Assembly (NCBI GenBank): GCA_947629985.1
Contig: CANRFV010000001.1
Location: 252,407 to 316,406, forward strand
DNA length: 64,000 nucleotides
Reading direction: 5' to 3'
Origin: an uncultured Clostridia bacterium
GTDB lineage: Bacteria > Bacillota > Clostridia > Christensenellales > CAG-314
The notes under the pieces are model-generated. The model made no database searches. It worked only from the letters and a program-made list of their open reading frames with translations, and was not told where the DNA came from. Below, piece after piece: positions 37,101-44,096 of the stretch. Every line of letters starts with the position of its first letter. Position 1 is the first letter of the stretch. Both the position numbers and the translations under genes were made by a program.

Positions 37101-38233
37101 GCATCTTTATCAGGTTCAGCAATTTTGCCATCTGCGTCGAATTTGACCAAAGTTGAATTACCACCAGATAATGCGTGAACATTATGAGTACCACCCGAAT
37201 GAACACCGGTCATTTGTTCTGGGACTAGCGTGGAATTTATTTGTTCATGCGGTTTTACCGCAAAAGCAACAGGCAAACCGACAGGAACGGTAGCGTATGC
37301 TCCACCGTCCACGTTTTCCAATTTGATACCATTTTCGATAATAAAATCCGCTTGTTTAGCCAATGTACTCAAAATGCCCGGAAGGTAATAAGCGTCGCCA
37401 AGCCGTTCATCCCACTTTACCGACGCTTGCGTAGTTTGATATTCTGATTCATTTTTCAGCGCAACTTTACTAAGTGTAAATTCAAGTGCAGTCGGTATTG
37501 CAGAACTAGTTGAACCGCTACGAGAATCCATTGGCGTTTGAAAAATTATTTCGACCCTGTGATACTTGTTTTTGATTGTACGAAAAATCAAATTTGTCTG
37601 AACTTCAGGACCAGAAAAAGATGTATCCAGATATTTTACTCCGTCAACCAAAACACTTAAGTTACCATAATAATACCCTTCTGTGGTAACAGAAAATTTA
37701 TAATCAAAGGTAAACCACTTTTCTCCCACAAATTCAAAACAAATAGGAATATCTTGCTTTGAAGTAAAATTATAGCTATCGGCACTCTTAATCGTATAAG
37801 TGCCCGCTTCTCCGTCTACCGTCCAACCTTCGGCTGTTGTTGTTATTTTGTCTCCGTCATTTTTGAAAAACCTTGCATGCAGGGTTGTGGATTCGGTAGG
37901 CATGGTATAAGAATAGGTCGCTTCGTACGAAAGCGGGGTATTCTCGTCCGTTAAATACCAATATGCAAAAACGTAACCTTCGGTAGGTTGTGCCGTAAGT
38001 TGCACTGCCGAATTTTGTTCGACGCTCTCTTCTACTGAAGCGCCGCCGCCCTGTGCAGTTTTGCCATTGACGGTAGCACTGCCGCCCTCGTCTGCGAACA
38101 ATGTGAGAGTTGCGGTCTCTGCCGCTACTGCTTGATCCTGCACAATTGCGAACAGCCCCACTGTTGCCAACGACAACACGAGTACCGCACACAACACTAT
38201 GAGCGTGATCTTCCAATGTTTTGTCCTTGTCAT
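31172..38233 (-). CDS. Giant (2353 aa) repeat-rich cell-surface protein / putative adhesin
   Basis: One uninterrupted ORF. It has an N-terminal signal/TM segment and two InlB-B-repeat-like segments (GYVFAYWY, DSFYGWKA). About 9-10 tandem units of ~90 aa resemble YDG/MBG repeats (VG.Y.I ... NY.I ... Y.IT.+.ITV). A coiled segment and a C-terminal TM helix plus RK tail follow, with no LPXTG. Confidence 0.85.
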   Translation of the reverse strand: MTRTKHWKITLIVLCAVLVLSLATVGLFAIVQDQAVAAETATLTLFADEGGSATVNGKTAQGGGASVEESVEQNSAVQLTAQPTEGYVFAYWYLTDENTPLSYEATYSYTMPTESTTLHARFFKNDGDKITTTAEGWTVDGEAGTYTIKSADSYNFTSKQDIPICFEFVGEKWFTFDYKFSVTTEGYYYGNLSVLVDGVKYLDTSFSGPEVQTNLIFRTIKNKYHRVEIIFQTPMDSRSGSTSSAIPTALEFTLSKVALKNESEYQTTQASVKWDERLGDAYYLPGILSTLAKQADFIIENGIKLENVDGGAYATVPVGLPVAFAVKPHEQINSTLVPEQMTGVHSGGTHNVHALSGGNSTLVKFDADGKIAEPDKDAYSEGSIRFILQEIAIPPKVSITKSVDSVAQDEETISNKSRVEFPYGKKNNLLVTIDHYDSVTNTITITSNGKDVASETLTGKTGFSLNDITENQAVVITYSYGEEYYVEEQFTFNVYIKLDGGNDGLDSIVSPISKEITVTNDQQYPWYFDPAGNGDGSFAFSSGISYQPNRTLAAPVISQLGFTVKGNGSFTFEFHIDGYGITGADTDDTKAKYSYAAYRMDSPIPTDTSYTSGWRANDEKYTNADWGVKGFKSSIATNLGWGLSTSASNLIAPKTFNAEQVDEKNYWYKVTISITGKGDNDDTSIYIAHAIGNKANSSYACMSVRNVAFFSGSAYVDWDVQNTAGESGNKSDITVKQGGVDAHNGPIDAGTRLTFAAYPQATDSFYGWKAVSGTLKESAAQKAESPETVQDGDIEWDYDNARFVSYDQEYNYTVGTGYTKIIAVIDKAGTYVVRNGGKFYAPADINNALNDADNGSDKDVIVVDNVDLETAITVPAGVNLIIPFNRAGDYYAMGTEATAQERVSWASDGIYKDPVYTVTLTGANIIEGNLIVGGVIHYPSQVGAQGHTSGYYSKLVLQGEDTTVTVGSGGHLDVYGRVTGEGSIDVQSGGRLTQPFMINDYNGGTNTEASFTAGVTPFKMYAMVNVQNKGGFTIHHGAELWGHASLFFWDSITTIDTPFISFVKENKEGMDYFENAALIILNFNASAHIVYDDEHARPDMGSGNNVQDVGKTTIEISGNAYAGYMQFPLGINTQKVYFSIPYNYDITLKSGAFDILYPYKAMPGSVLTVDSGATLNVRGGAGLHIYDSFADPQVAKRTYPTGDQLKNAGTGPEQSYKPYASLIVNGTLNIQDGATFLGTVQTTDTTGTAKIIVGTGVTLQDSALFDGVSTEYSCNYTKYTLEAHIWDKVHNTLAPLKEGKTYVSTYKAGDGDTFTLPGIEFQKETVTGKHESGKHSLQGETTAAAEGLSGAWKLEHSQHTLDWTRQDGDGTPGGSTVAHATRYCSELGCGYSETKDIFDIPESIGSLVYKGANFTAEELVGLFEKYFSGIENATVSASVDSVQNVGNYTVTITLENGYFLDNGVYTDTHRFNWSVTAKPITVTLKKQTPVVYDGNTVTNDKLDQTAFDAPDLCAGDHLDLTIQFASGQQPRDVGKYNLEIVNYQGGNKNTNYTITPVVGTDAYEITARPITVELQSITRDYNGAVPQASAIQANLASGSTLGTGDELSTLITISITDAAKDVGTYTVTATATAAARNYKITVTDGSYQIDKKAVTVTADNLSSVYGEQPKALTFKVDGVVDGEETEFRTHIAISCEQDLSAQTEVGEYTITVQLADAEPQNYKVSFVNGKYNVTNAAFKDLEFNNDTVTYDGETHEIKVTGAPEGAVITYTVQDQAFSGARDVGSYEITATISHDNYDQETRTATLTINPRAITVNLPSTSRAYNGAVPQATELTATLAEGSTLGKGDNLNDLVTLSIDNASKNVGTYAVKGAATQSASNYTIQFGADGQYEITQLQLTVKIKPQTKVYDGLAGTLQQGLWEKTDGEWVGSERPEITLELEQKSNNVRVDSYNIKGVCADGNYDITFTDGTGAYTITKRPLTVTAHNLSSVYGDATADLKGAYDVDGWIEQSALLVTLQCNVTSASAVVTGGYAIVVHIDTPESELSNYELQTVDGTYTVSPRHITVKLPDFTRVYNGNEISLDDLGAATVTSGRLVNNDVLADLITFGFASTGANAGSYVITGSASEQSGNYTITVVDGTYTVTKLDLSNSASANFGISGAETLENGKLNAQLTGEELVLQGFVVLNGVTEPLATKPIAAITAPGEYTVTVEIDEVNYSGSRTFTVVVTDENGMTEELVQLLAQLKSLTEGKSVQDLTVDDFDQLKQIKGLLQQIEPLLQDLSSESLANVMDEIEVGYTLTDGWNAIANGDDRTVQTAVTIADAALGGLFVTLGTLQALAAVAFATRKGGLL

Positions 38234-38355
38234 AATTTCTCCTCTTTTATCTACATTTGTTTAGTTGCTATTTTGTTGAACGTATGCGCGTTTTTTGTCA
38301 AAAAAAGCCTTTTTTGACGAAAAATGGCATAAAATTAAGATAATATATCAAACTT

Positions 38356-38386
38356 ATAATACCCCCCCCCCGAAGCGATATGTCAA
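38356..38386 (-). promoter_or_regulatory. Putative promoter of the giant gene with a G10 tract in the spacer
   Basis: Minus strand reads TTGACA-TATCGCTTC-GGGGGGGGGG-TATTAT (19-nt spacer), about 120 nt upstream of the ATG. Confidence 0.5.
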
Positions 38387-38649
38387 GCAAGTAAAAGTAA
38401 ATTTTAGGTAAACTGAAAAATATTTTGCAAATATCATTATTGAAAATAACCTTGAAAAACGACTTGAAACGACAATTTTAGGCAAAAATCCCGCCGCTAC
38501 GCACGCGGAAAAGTCTGCCGAAAGTGTACGTCAACGTTGCCGGTGTGATTAGCGTACCGTCGGGCGGCGCCAATGTCGGGGCGGTTACGTGTAAAATGTA
38601 CAGCGCTGCGGGGCAACAACATTACACCGCCGCGTGCGCGGAAAACAAC

Positions 38650-38690
38650 AAAAAAACGCGCCTGTACCCGACAACGGGCGCAAGCGCGTT
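38650..38690 (-). terminator. Rho-independent terminator after alaS
   Basis: Minus strand reads AACGCGC...GCGCGTT, enclosing GCCCG-TTGT-CGGG(T)(A)C, followed by TTTTTTTG. Confidence 0.6.
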
Positions 38691-38730
38691 AATTTATTGT
38701 TATTGTAATAAATAATATAAAATACTATTA

Positions 38731-40521
38731 CTATTTGCTGTGCAACTCCGCCTTGATACGGCGCACACCGCTGCCGGACGACTGCTCCTTGGTGATGACG
38801 AAATGTCCCAACTCGCCCGTGCTGTTGGCGTGCGGTCCGCCGCAAATTTCCTTGCTGAAATTGCCCATTGTGTACACCTTGACGACTTGACCGTATTTGT
38901 CGCCGAACAGACCGATAGCGCCCGTTTTACGCGCGTCGTCGAGCGGCATTTCTTCGCAAGTGATGGGCAGGTCGCTTTCGATTGCCCAATTGACAAGGCG
39001 CTCGGTTTCGGCAATTTCGTCCGCCGTCATAGGGCGACCGAAACTGAAATCGAAACGCAGGCGTTCGGTGGTGATGTTGCTGCCCTTTTGCTTTACTTCG
39101 TCGCCCAATACCCTGCGCAAAGCCGCTTGCAACAGGTGGGTTGCCGTGTGCAGGCGGGTTATTTCGACGCCGCCGCCTTCTGCCATGCCGCCCTTGAAGC
39201 GTTGCTCGCTGCCCGCGTGAGACTTTGCCTGATGTTCGGCAAACTTTTGGCGAAAGCCTTCTACGTCTACTTGGTAGCCGTTTTCCGCGGCGAGTTCTAC
39301 CGTCATTTCCACGGGGAAGCCGAACGTATCGTACAATTTGAACGCGGTGCCGCCAGGGACTACATTGCCGGGTATGTGAGAGATTACTTTGAAAAATTCC
39401 TTTTCGCCGGCGACAAGAGTTTTGCTGAACTTTTCTTCTTCCTTGACCAATTCGTCCACTATCTTGGCGCGGTTGTCGGTAAGTTCGGGGTAGACATCCT
39501 TGTAGACGTCTACGTACACTTGCGCAATTTGCACAATCGAGCCCTTGGGCATATCAAGCGAATTTGCCATACGCACGGCGCGGCGAATAAGCCTGCGCAA
39601 CACGTAGCCTTGGTCTACATTGCTGGGCACTACGCCTACGGGATCGCCCAACAAAAAGGTTGCGGTACGTACGTGATCGGCAATTATGCGCATAGCGCGG
39701 GTGGTTTTGGCGTCGGCGCCGTAGTTTTTGCCCGAAAGTTGCTGTATTGTTTGCAGGGCGCGCTCGAACAGGTCGATATCGTAAACCGACTTGTAACCGT
39801 TCAGCACGCACACGGTGCGCTCTAAGCCCATGCCCGTATCGACATTTTTTTGCACCAGTGGCAAATAGGTGCCGTCCGCCTGACGGTTGAATTGCATAAA
39901 GACGTTATTCCATATTTCAAGATACTTGCCGCAATCGCAGGACGGGTCGCAATGCTCGCCGCAGGCGGGTTTGCCCGTATCCCAAAAGATTTCGGTATCG
40001 GGGCCGCAAGGACCCGTTGTGCCGGCTATCCACCAATTGTTCTTTTTGGGAAGGTAATATATGCGATCGGCGGGTATGCCGCACTGCTGCCACGTTTGCG
40101 CCGAATCTTCGTCGCGCGGAGCGTCGTCGTCGCCGGCAAATACCGTTACCGACAGGCGGTTGACGTCCAACCCGAGATAGGCGGGATCGGTAAGGAATTG
40201 GTAACTCCACTGTATGGATTGACGGTTGAAATAGTCGCCCAACGACCAATTGCCCAACATTTCGAAGAAGGTAAGGTGGCTGTCGTCGCCCACTTCTTCG
40301 ATATCGCCCGTGCGGACGCACTTTTGCACGTCGGTAAGGCGCGTGCCGCAGGGGTGCTTTTGCCCCATAAGGTAGGGAATAAGCGGATGCATACCTGCCG
40401 TTGTAAACAGTACGGACGGATCGTTTTCCGGAATGAGACTTGCCGATTGTATTACGGCGTGCCCGCGTTGCTTAAAAAAATCGAGATATTTTTCTCGTAA
40501 AAACTGCGATGTAATTTTCAT
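38731..40521 (-). CDS. alaS: Alanine--tRNA ligase, compact form (596 aa)
   Basis: Starts at MKITSQFLREKYLDFF with a GAGG RBS. Class II AlaRS N-terminal motifs (FTTAGM, FFEMLGNWSLGDYF). Editing-site motifs HTATHLL and CGGPH. It ends right after the editing core. Confidence 0.9.
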   Translation of the reverse strand: MKITSQFLREKYLDFFKQRGHAVIQSASLIPENDPSVLFTTAGMHPLIPYLMGQKHPCGTRLTDVQKCVRTGDIEEVGDDSHLTFFEMLGNWSLGDYFNRQSIQWSYQFLTDPAYLGLDVNRLSVTVFAGDDDAPRDEDSAQTWQQCGIPADRIYYLPKKNNWWIAGTTGPCGPDTEIFWDTGKPACGEHCDPSCDCGKYLEIWNNVFMQFNRQADGTYLPLVQKNVDTGMGLERTVCVLNGYKSVYDIDLFERALQTIQQLSGKNYGADAKTTRAMRIIADHVRTATFLLGDPVGVVPSNVDQGYVLRRLIRRAVRMANSLDMPKGSIVQIAQVYVDVYKDVYPELTDNRAKIVDELVKEEEKFSKTLVAGEKEFFKVISHIPGNVVPGGTAFKLYDTFGFPVEMTVELAAENGYQVDVEGFRQKFAEHQAKSHAGSEQRFKGGMAEGGGVEITRLHTATHLLQAALRRVLGDEVKQKGSNITTERLRFDFSFGRPMTADEIAETERLVNWAIESDLPITCEEMPLDDARKTGAIGLFGDKYGQVVKVYTMGNFSKEICGGPHANSTGELGHFVITKEQSSGSGVRRIKAELHSK

Positions 40522-40621
40522 AAAACCTCTTTCGCGTAAGCGTTTAATATTTTGTGCAATTGTAAAGACCAACGGCGCACAACGGGCGCAATCGGTCTTG
40601 CTTTACGTAATTATTGCGAAT

Positions 40622-41509
40622 CTAAGACTGTTCTTTAAGGCGTTTGGCTTTGGCTATTACCGAATAAACGAAGAACAGCCAATAATACAGCGGTATTGCC
40701 CATATTGCCCAACCAACGGCGCCGTACGACAAAGTGAATACCGAAGCGATAGCCTTGCCTACGGAACTGCTTACCGTAACCAACGAAAATACGGTAAACA
40801 ACGCCACTATTACCGTTGATATTATTGCCATAGTGCAAAAATACCAATTGCATTGGCGCGAACGTCTTAGTACAGCCAAGCGGACGATACACACAACAAG
40901 GTGAGCAAACGCCGTTATTACAAATATGGCGACAAGCACGCCGAGAATAATATCTCCCACGCCGCCCGCTTGCATACCGAAAATTTGCCTACACAAGTAA
41001 ACAAGCACGTCTGCGCCGTACAGGCTGACGCCGTTGCCGCTTGCAATGCCGCCGTCGAATACGGGGCGCATTGTTACCGTGCCTATATGCGCGGGCATTA
41101 CTATATAGTAAGCGCACAACAGCAACAGCACAAGCGCAATTGCCGCAAACACTCTGCCGCCGCGGTAATCGTAAATGCTTTGTCTGCGCGGCTGATTGGC
41201 AACATCGGCGTTGTTGGGCGCTTTTTGCTGCAAGGTTACAAACGAATATCCGCATACGCAAACGCTGTCTTCGGCGTTGACTTCTCTGCCGCACTTGGGA
41301 CACAGTTTGGTTGCGGGTGCAACTTTTAACGGAGCGCCGCAATTACGGCAAAAATTTGCCATCGGATTGTTGCGCGTGTGGCATTTGTGGCACAGCACGG
41401 GCTCTTCGGGAACCTTTAACTGTATGCCGCAACGCGAACAATACTTGGCGTTGAGCGCATTGGAGTTGCCGCAACGCGTACAGATATTGAAACTGTTGGA
41501 ACTGTTCAT
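40622..41509 (-). CDS. Membrane protein with three N-terminal zinc ribbons
   Basis: 295 aa from the internal ATG (MNSSNSFNICTRCGN) with a GGAG RBS. Three CxxC-N10-12-CxxC units are followed by about 5-6 TM helices. Confidence 0.7.
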   Translation of the reverse strand: MNSSNSFNICTRCGNSNALNAKYCSRCGIQLKVPEEPVLCHKCHTRNNPMANFCRNCGAPLKVAPATKLCPKCGREVNAEDSVCVCGYSFVTLQQKAPNNADVANQPRRQSIYDYRGGRVFAAIALVLLLLCAYYIVMPAHIGTVTMRPVFDGGIASGNGVSLYGADVLVYLCRQIFGMQAGGVGDIILGVLVAIFVITAFAHLVVCIVRLAVLRRSRQCNWYFCTMAIISTVIVALFTVFSLVTVSSSVGKAIASVFTLSYGAVGWAIWAIPLYYWLFFVYSVIAKAKRLKEQS

Positions 41510-41520
41510 TGCAGATCTCC

Positions 41521-42345
41521 TTACTTGGTACGTTTTTGCCCGCAATTGGAGCAAAAAATATCTTCCTTGCTGTTGGCATGCTCGCATACGGGGCATACCC
41601 ATTTTTCGATAGAATCGGGCTCGACGCCGTCAAACGAATAGCGGCATTTGGTGCAAAAGGCGTTTTCGGCGGGATTTTCCGTGCCGCAAACGGGACAATA
41701 CTTTTTGGGAATTTCGATTTCCAACTTTAAGCCGCATTGCACGCAAAACGCTTCGTCGGGATTGTTGAGCGCGCCGCAATTGGGACAAATTATCTTTTTG
41801 CCCGCGGCGTTTTCCAAAAAAGCCTGTTTTACGGTAAGATCGCCGAGATTTTGACTTTCGTGTATTACCTGCAACTCTTCCGTTTCGGCGTCTACCAACG
41901 AACAGTAGCAATACGCGCAATAAATTGCGTCCAAAGTGTTTAGCCTGCCGCAGTGCGGACATATTTTGCGCTGAACTATGCGATGATCGTGCAAACTTGA
42001 CACCGCCGTGCCGCATTTGTCGCAAAAAATGGACGTTATGGGCACTATTGCGCCGCAATGGGGACATTTGGCTGTTTCGGACGGTATGGAAATTACGCTG
42101 CCGCCGTATATATCGGAATTTTCTTCGCGCAAATTGACGGGGCTGGGAACATACCCTTCGCCGTCGTTAGCGTCGTCGCCAAGCGCACCGCCGCAATTGA
42201 CGCAGTGCTTGAATGCCCTGTCGTTTACAGTGCCGCAATGCGGACAAACCACTTCTTCCTGCATTATAAAAACATCGTTACCGCAGTTACAACAAAACAA
42301 CGAATCGTTGGAATTGAGTTCTCCGCAGTTTTTGCAAATTTTCAT
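41521..42345 (-). CDS. Soluble protein made of seven tandem zinc ribbons
   Basis: 274 aa with 14 CxxC motifs (CKNC, CNC, CPHC, CVNC, CPHC, CDKC, CPHC, CAYC, CPNC, CVQC, CPVC, CTKC, CPVC, CSNC). No TM segment. Confidence 0.75.
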   Translation of the reverse strand: MKICKNCGELNSNDSLFCCNCGNDVFIMQEEVVCPHCGTVNDRAFKHCVNCGGALGDDANDGEGYVPSPVNLREENSDIYGGSVISIPSETAKCPHCGAIVPITSIFCDKCGTAVSSLHDHRIVQRKICPHCGRLNTLDAIYCAYCYCSLVDAETEELQVIHESQNLGDLTVKQAFLENAAGKKIICPNCGALNNPDEAFCVQCGLKLEIEIPKKYCPVCGTENPAENAFCTKCRYSFDGVEPDSIEKWVCPVCEHANSKEDIFCSNCGQKRTK

Positions 42346-42417
42346 ACCGTTACCTTTGTGCCCCGAAAATTACTGTTTTTTACTATACACCAAAACGGCG
42401 ACTTTGTCAACGTGTGG

Positions 42418-44058
42418 CTAAATTGCGGGATTGAAACCGTCCTTTAAGTTGACTATCTCGTTGAATACCAAATTGCCGTCGGCGCTGTCGCGATCCAACA
42501 CGTAGTACCCCACGCGCATAAACTGAAATTTGTCTTCCACCTGCGCGGAAAGCAAACTCGGCTCTGCCTTGGCGGTTACTACTTGCAAACTGTTTGCATT
42601 GAAACGCAAATTGAAATCGGTTACGCCGTCCTGCACGTCGGTAAGCAAACTTTGCAATTTGCGCACGGTGATATCTATGCAATCGGCGGCGTTTACCCAC
42701 TGAATTACGCCTTTTACTTTTACTCCGCTGGTATCTTCGCCCGACTTGGAATTGGGCACGATTGAACAAATCAACTGTTTGACGGTGCCGTCGTCGTTAA
42801 GCGCCACGTCGTCGCAATGCAATATATACGCGCCTTTGAGCCGCACATAGCCGTCGGGTTTGAGACGGTGATATTTGGGCGGCGGAACCAAGGCAAAATC
42901 CGCACGGTCGATGTAAATGCGGTTGGAAAACGTTACGTTGCGATAGGTTACGTTGTCCGCATTGGGATTGTTTTCGACGGACAATTGCTCGCTGCCGTTG
43001 TAATTTGTTATTGTTACGGGAAGCGGATCGAACACTGCCATTACTCGGTTGGCGGTACGGTTGAGTTCGTCGCGCACGCAGGACTGCAAATACGACTCCT
43101 GCACTTCGCTGTTGGCTTTGCTTACGCCTATTCGCTCGCAAAAATCGCGTAATGCCGCCGCCGGATAACCGCGCCTGCGCAAACCCGAAAGCGTGGGCAT
43201 GCGCGGATCGTCCCAGCCCATTACCTTGCCTTCGTCAACCAACTTTTTGAGATAACGCTTGGACATTATTGTGTTGGTAATGTTTAGACGGGCAAATTCT
43301 ATCTGCTGAGGACGCGGTTGGGGAAATTCGCACTCGCGCACTACCCAATCGTACAGCGGACGATGATCTTCGAACTCTAAGGTGCAAATAGAGTGCGTTA
43401 TGCCTTCGTGCGCGTCCTCGATGGGGTGGGCGAAATCGTACATAGGATAAATGCACCATTTGTCGCCCGTGTTGTGGTGAGTGGCGTGCAACACGCGGTA
43501 AATAACAGGGTCGCGCATATTGAGATTGGGCGACGCCATATCTATTTTTGCGCGCAAAACTTTGCTGCCGTCGGGATAAACGCCGTTTCGCATTTGGTAG
43601 AACAATTGCAGGTTTTCGCTGACGGAACGGTTGCGATAGGGACTTTCGACGCCGGGTTCGGTCAATGTTCCGCGGCGTTCGCGTATTTCGTCGGCGCTTT
43701 CGTCGCTGACGTACGCCAAACCCTTGTTGATGAGTTTTACCGCGCAATCGAACATCACGTCGAAATAGTCGCTGGCAAACAGCAACTTGTCCCAAGTAAA
43801 GCCCAGCCAGGTTATATCGCGCTTGATGCTTTCGACATACTCCTGATCTTCCTTGCTGGGGTTGGTGTCGTCAAAGCGCAGATTGCACTTGCCGTTGTAT
43901 TTGTTTTTTATTCCGAAATTTATGCACAGACTTTTGGCGTGCCCGATGTGCAAATAGCCGTTGGGCTCCGGCGGAAAGCGCGTGCATACCTGCGTTACTT
44001 TGCCGCTTGCCAGATCGCTGTCTATTATATCTTCGATGAAATTTTTGAATTCGCTCAT
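42418..44058 (-). CDS. glnS: Glutamine--tRNA ligase
   Basis: 546 aa. Class I HIGH motif (PEPNGYLHIGH) and a KMSKS-like motif (IMSKR). Confidence 0.95.
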   Translation of the reverse strand: MSEFKNFIEDIIDSDLASGKVTQVCTRFPPEPNGYLHIGHAKSLCINFGIKNKYNGKCNLRFDDTNPSKEDQEYVESIKRDITWLGFTWDKLLFASDYFDVMFDCAVKLINKGLAYVSDESADEIRERRGTLTEPGVESPYRNRSVSENLQLFYQMRNGVYPDGSKVLRAKIDMASPNLNMRDPVIYRVLHATHHNTGDKWCIYPMYDFAHPIEDAHEGITHSICTLEFEDHRPLYDWVVRECEFPQPRPQQIEFARLNITNTIMSKRYLKKLVDEGKVMGWDDPRMPTLSGLRRRGYPAAALRDFCERIGVSKANSEVQESYLQSCVRDELNRTANRVMAVFDPLPVTITNYNGSEQLSVENNPNADNVTYRNVTFSNRIYIDRADFALVPPPKYHRLKPDGYVRLKGAYILHCDDVALNDDGTVKQLICSIVPNSKSGEDTSGVKVKGVIQWVNAADCIDITVRKLQSLLTDVQDGVTDFNLRFNANSLQVVTAKAEPSLLSAQVEDKFQFMRVGYYVLDRDSADGNLVFNEIVNLKDGFNPAI

Positions 44059-44096
44059 ATTATTTTGTACGGGCGTGCGCCCGTTGCTCCGATAAT

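Noticed and set aside
24885-38233. Surface-protein block as a prophage, ICE or genomic island.
   Set aside because: There are no integrase, transposase, phage structural or conjugation genes and no flanking direct repeats. Apart from the intragenic low-GC block, the composition matches the surrounding chromosome.
44059-44096. T-box or other riboswitch leaders upstream of glnS (and alaS, 40522-40621).
   Set aside because: These intergenic regions are only 38 and 100 nt, too short for a T-box. The genes appear co-transcribed with their upstream neighbours.
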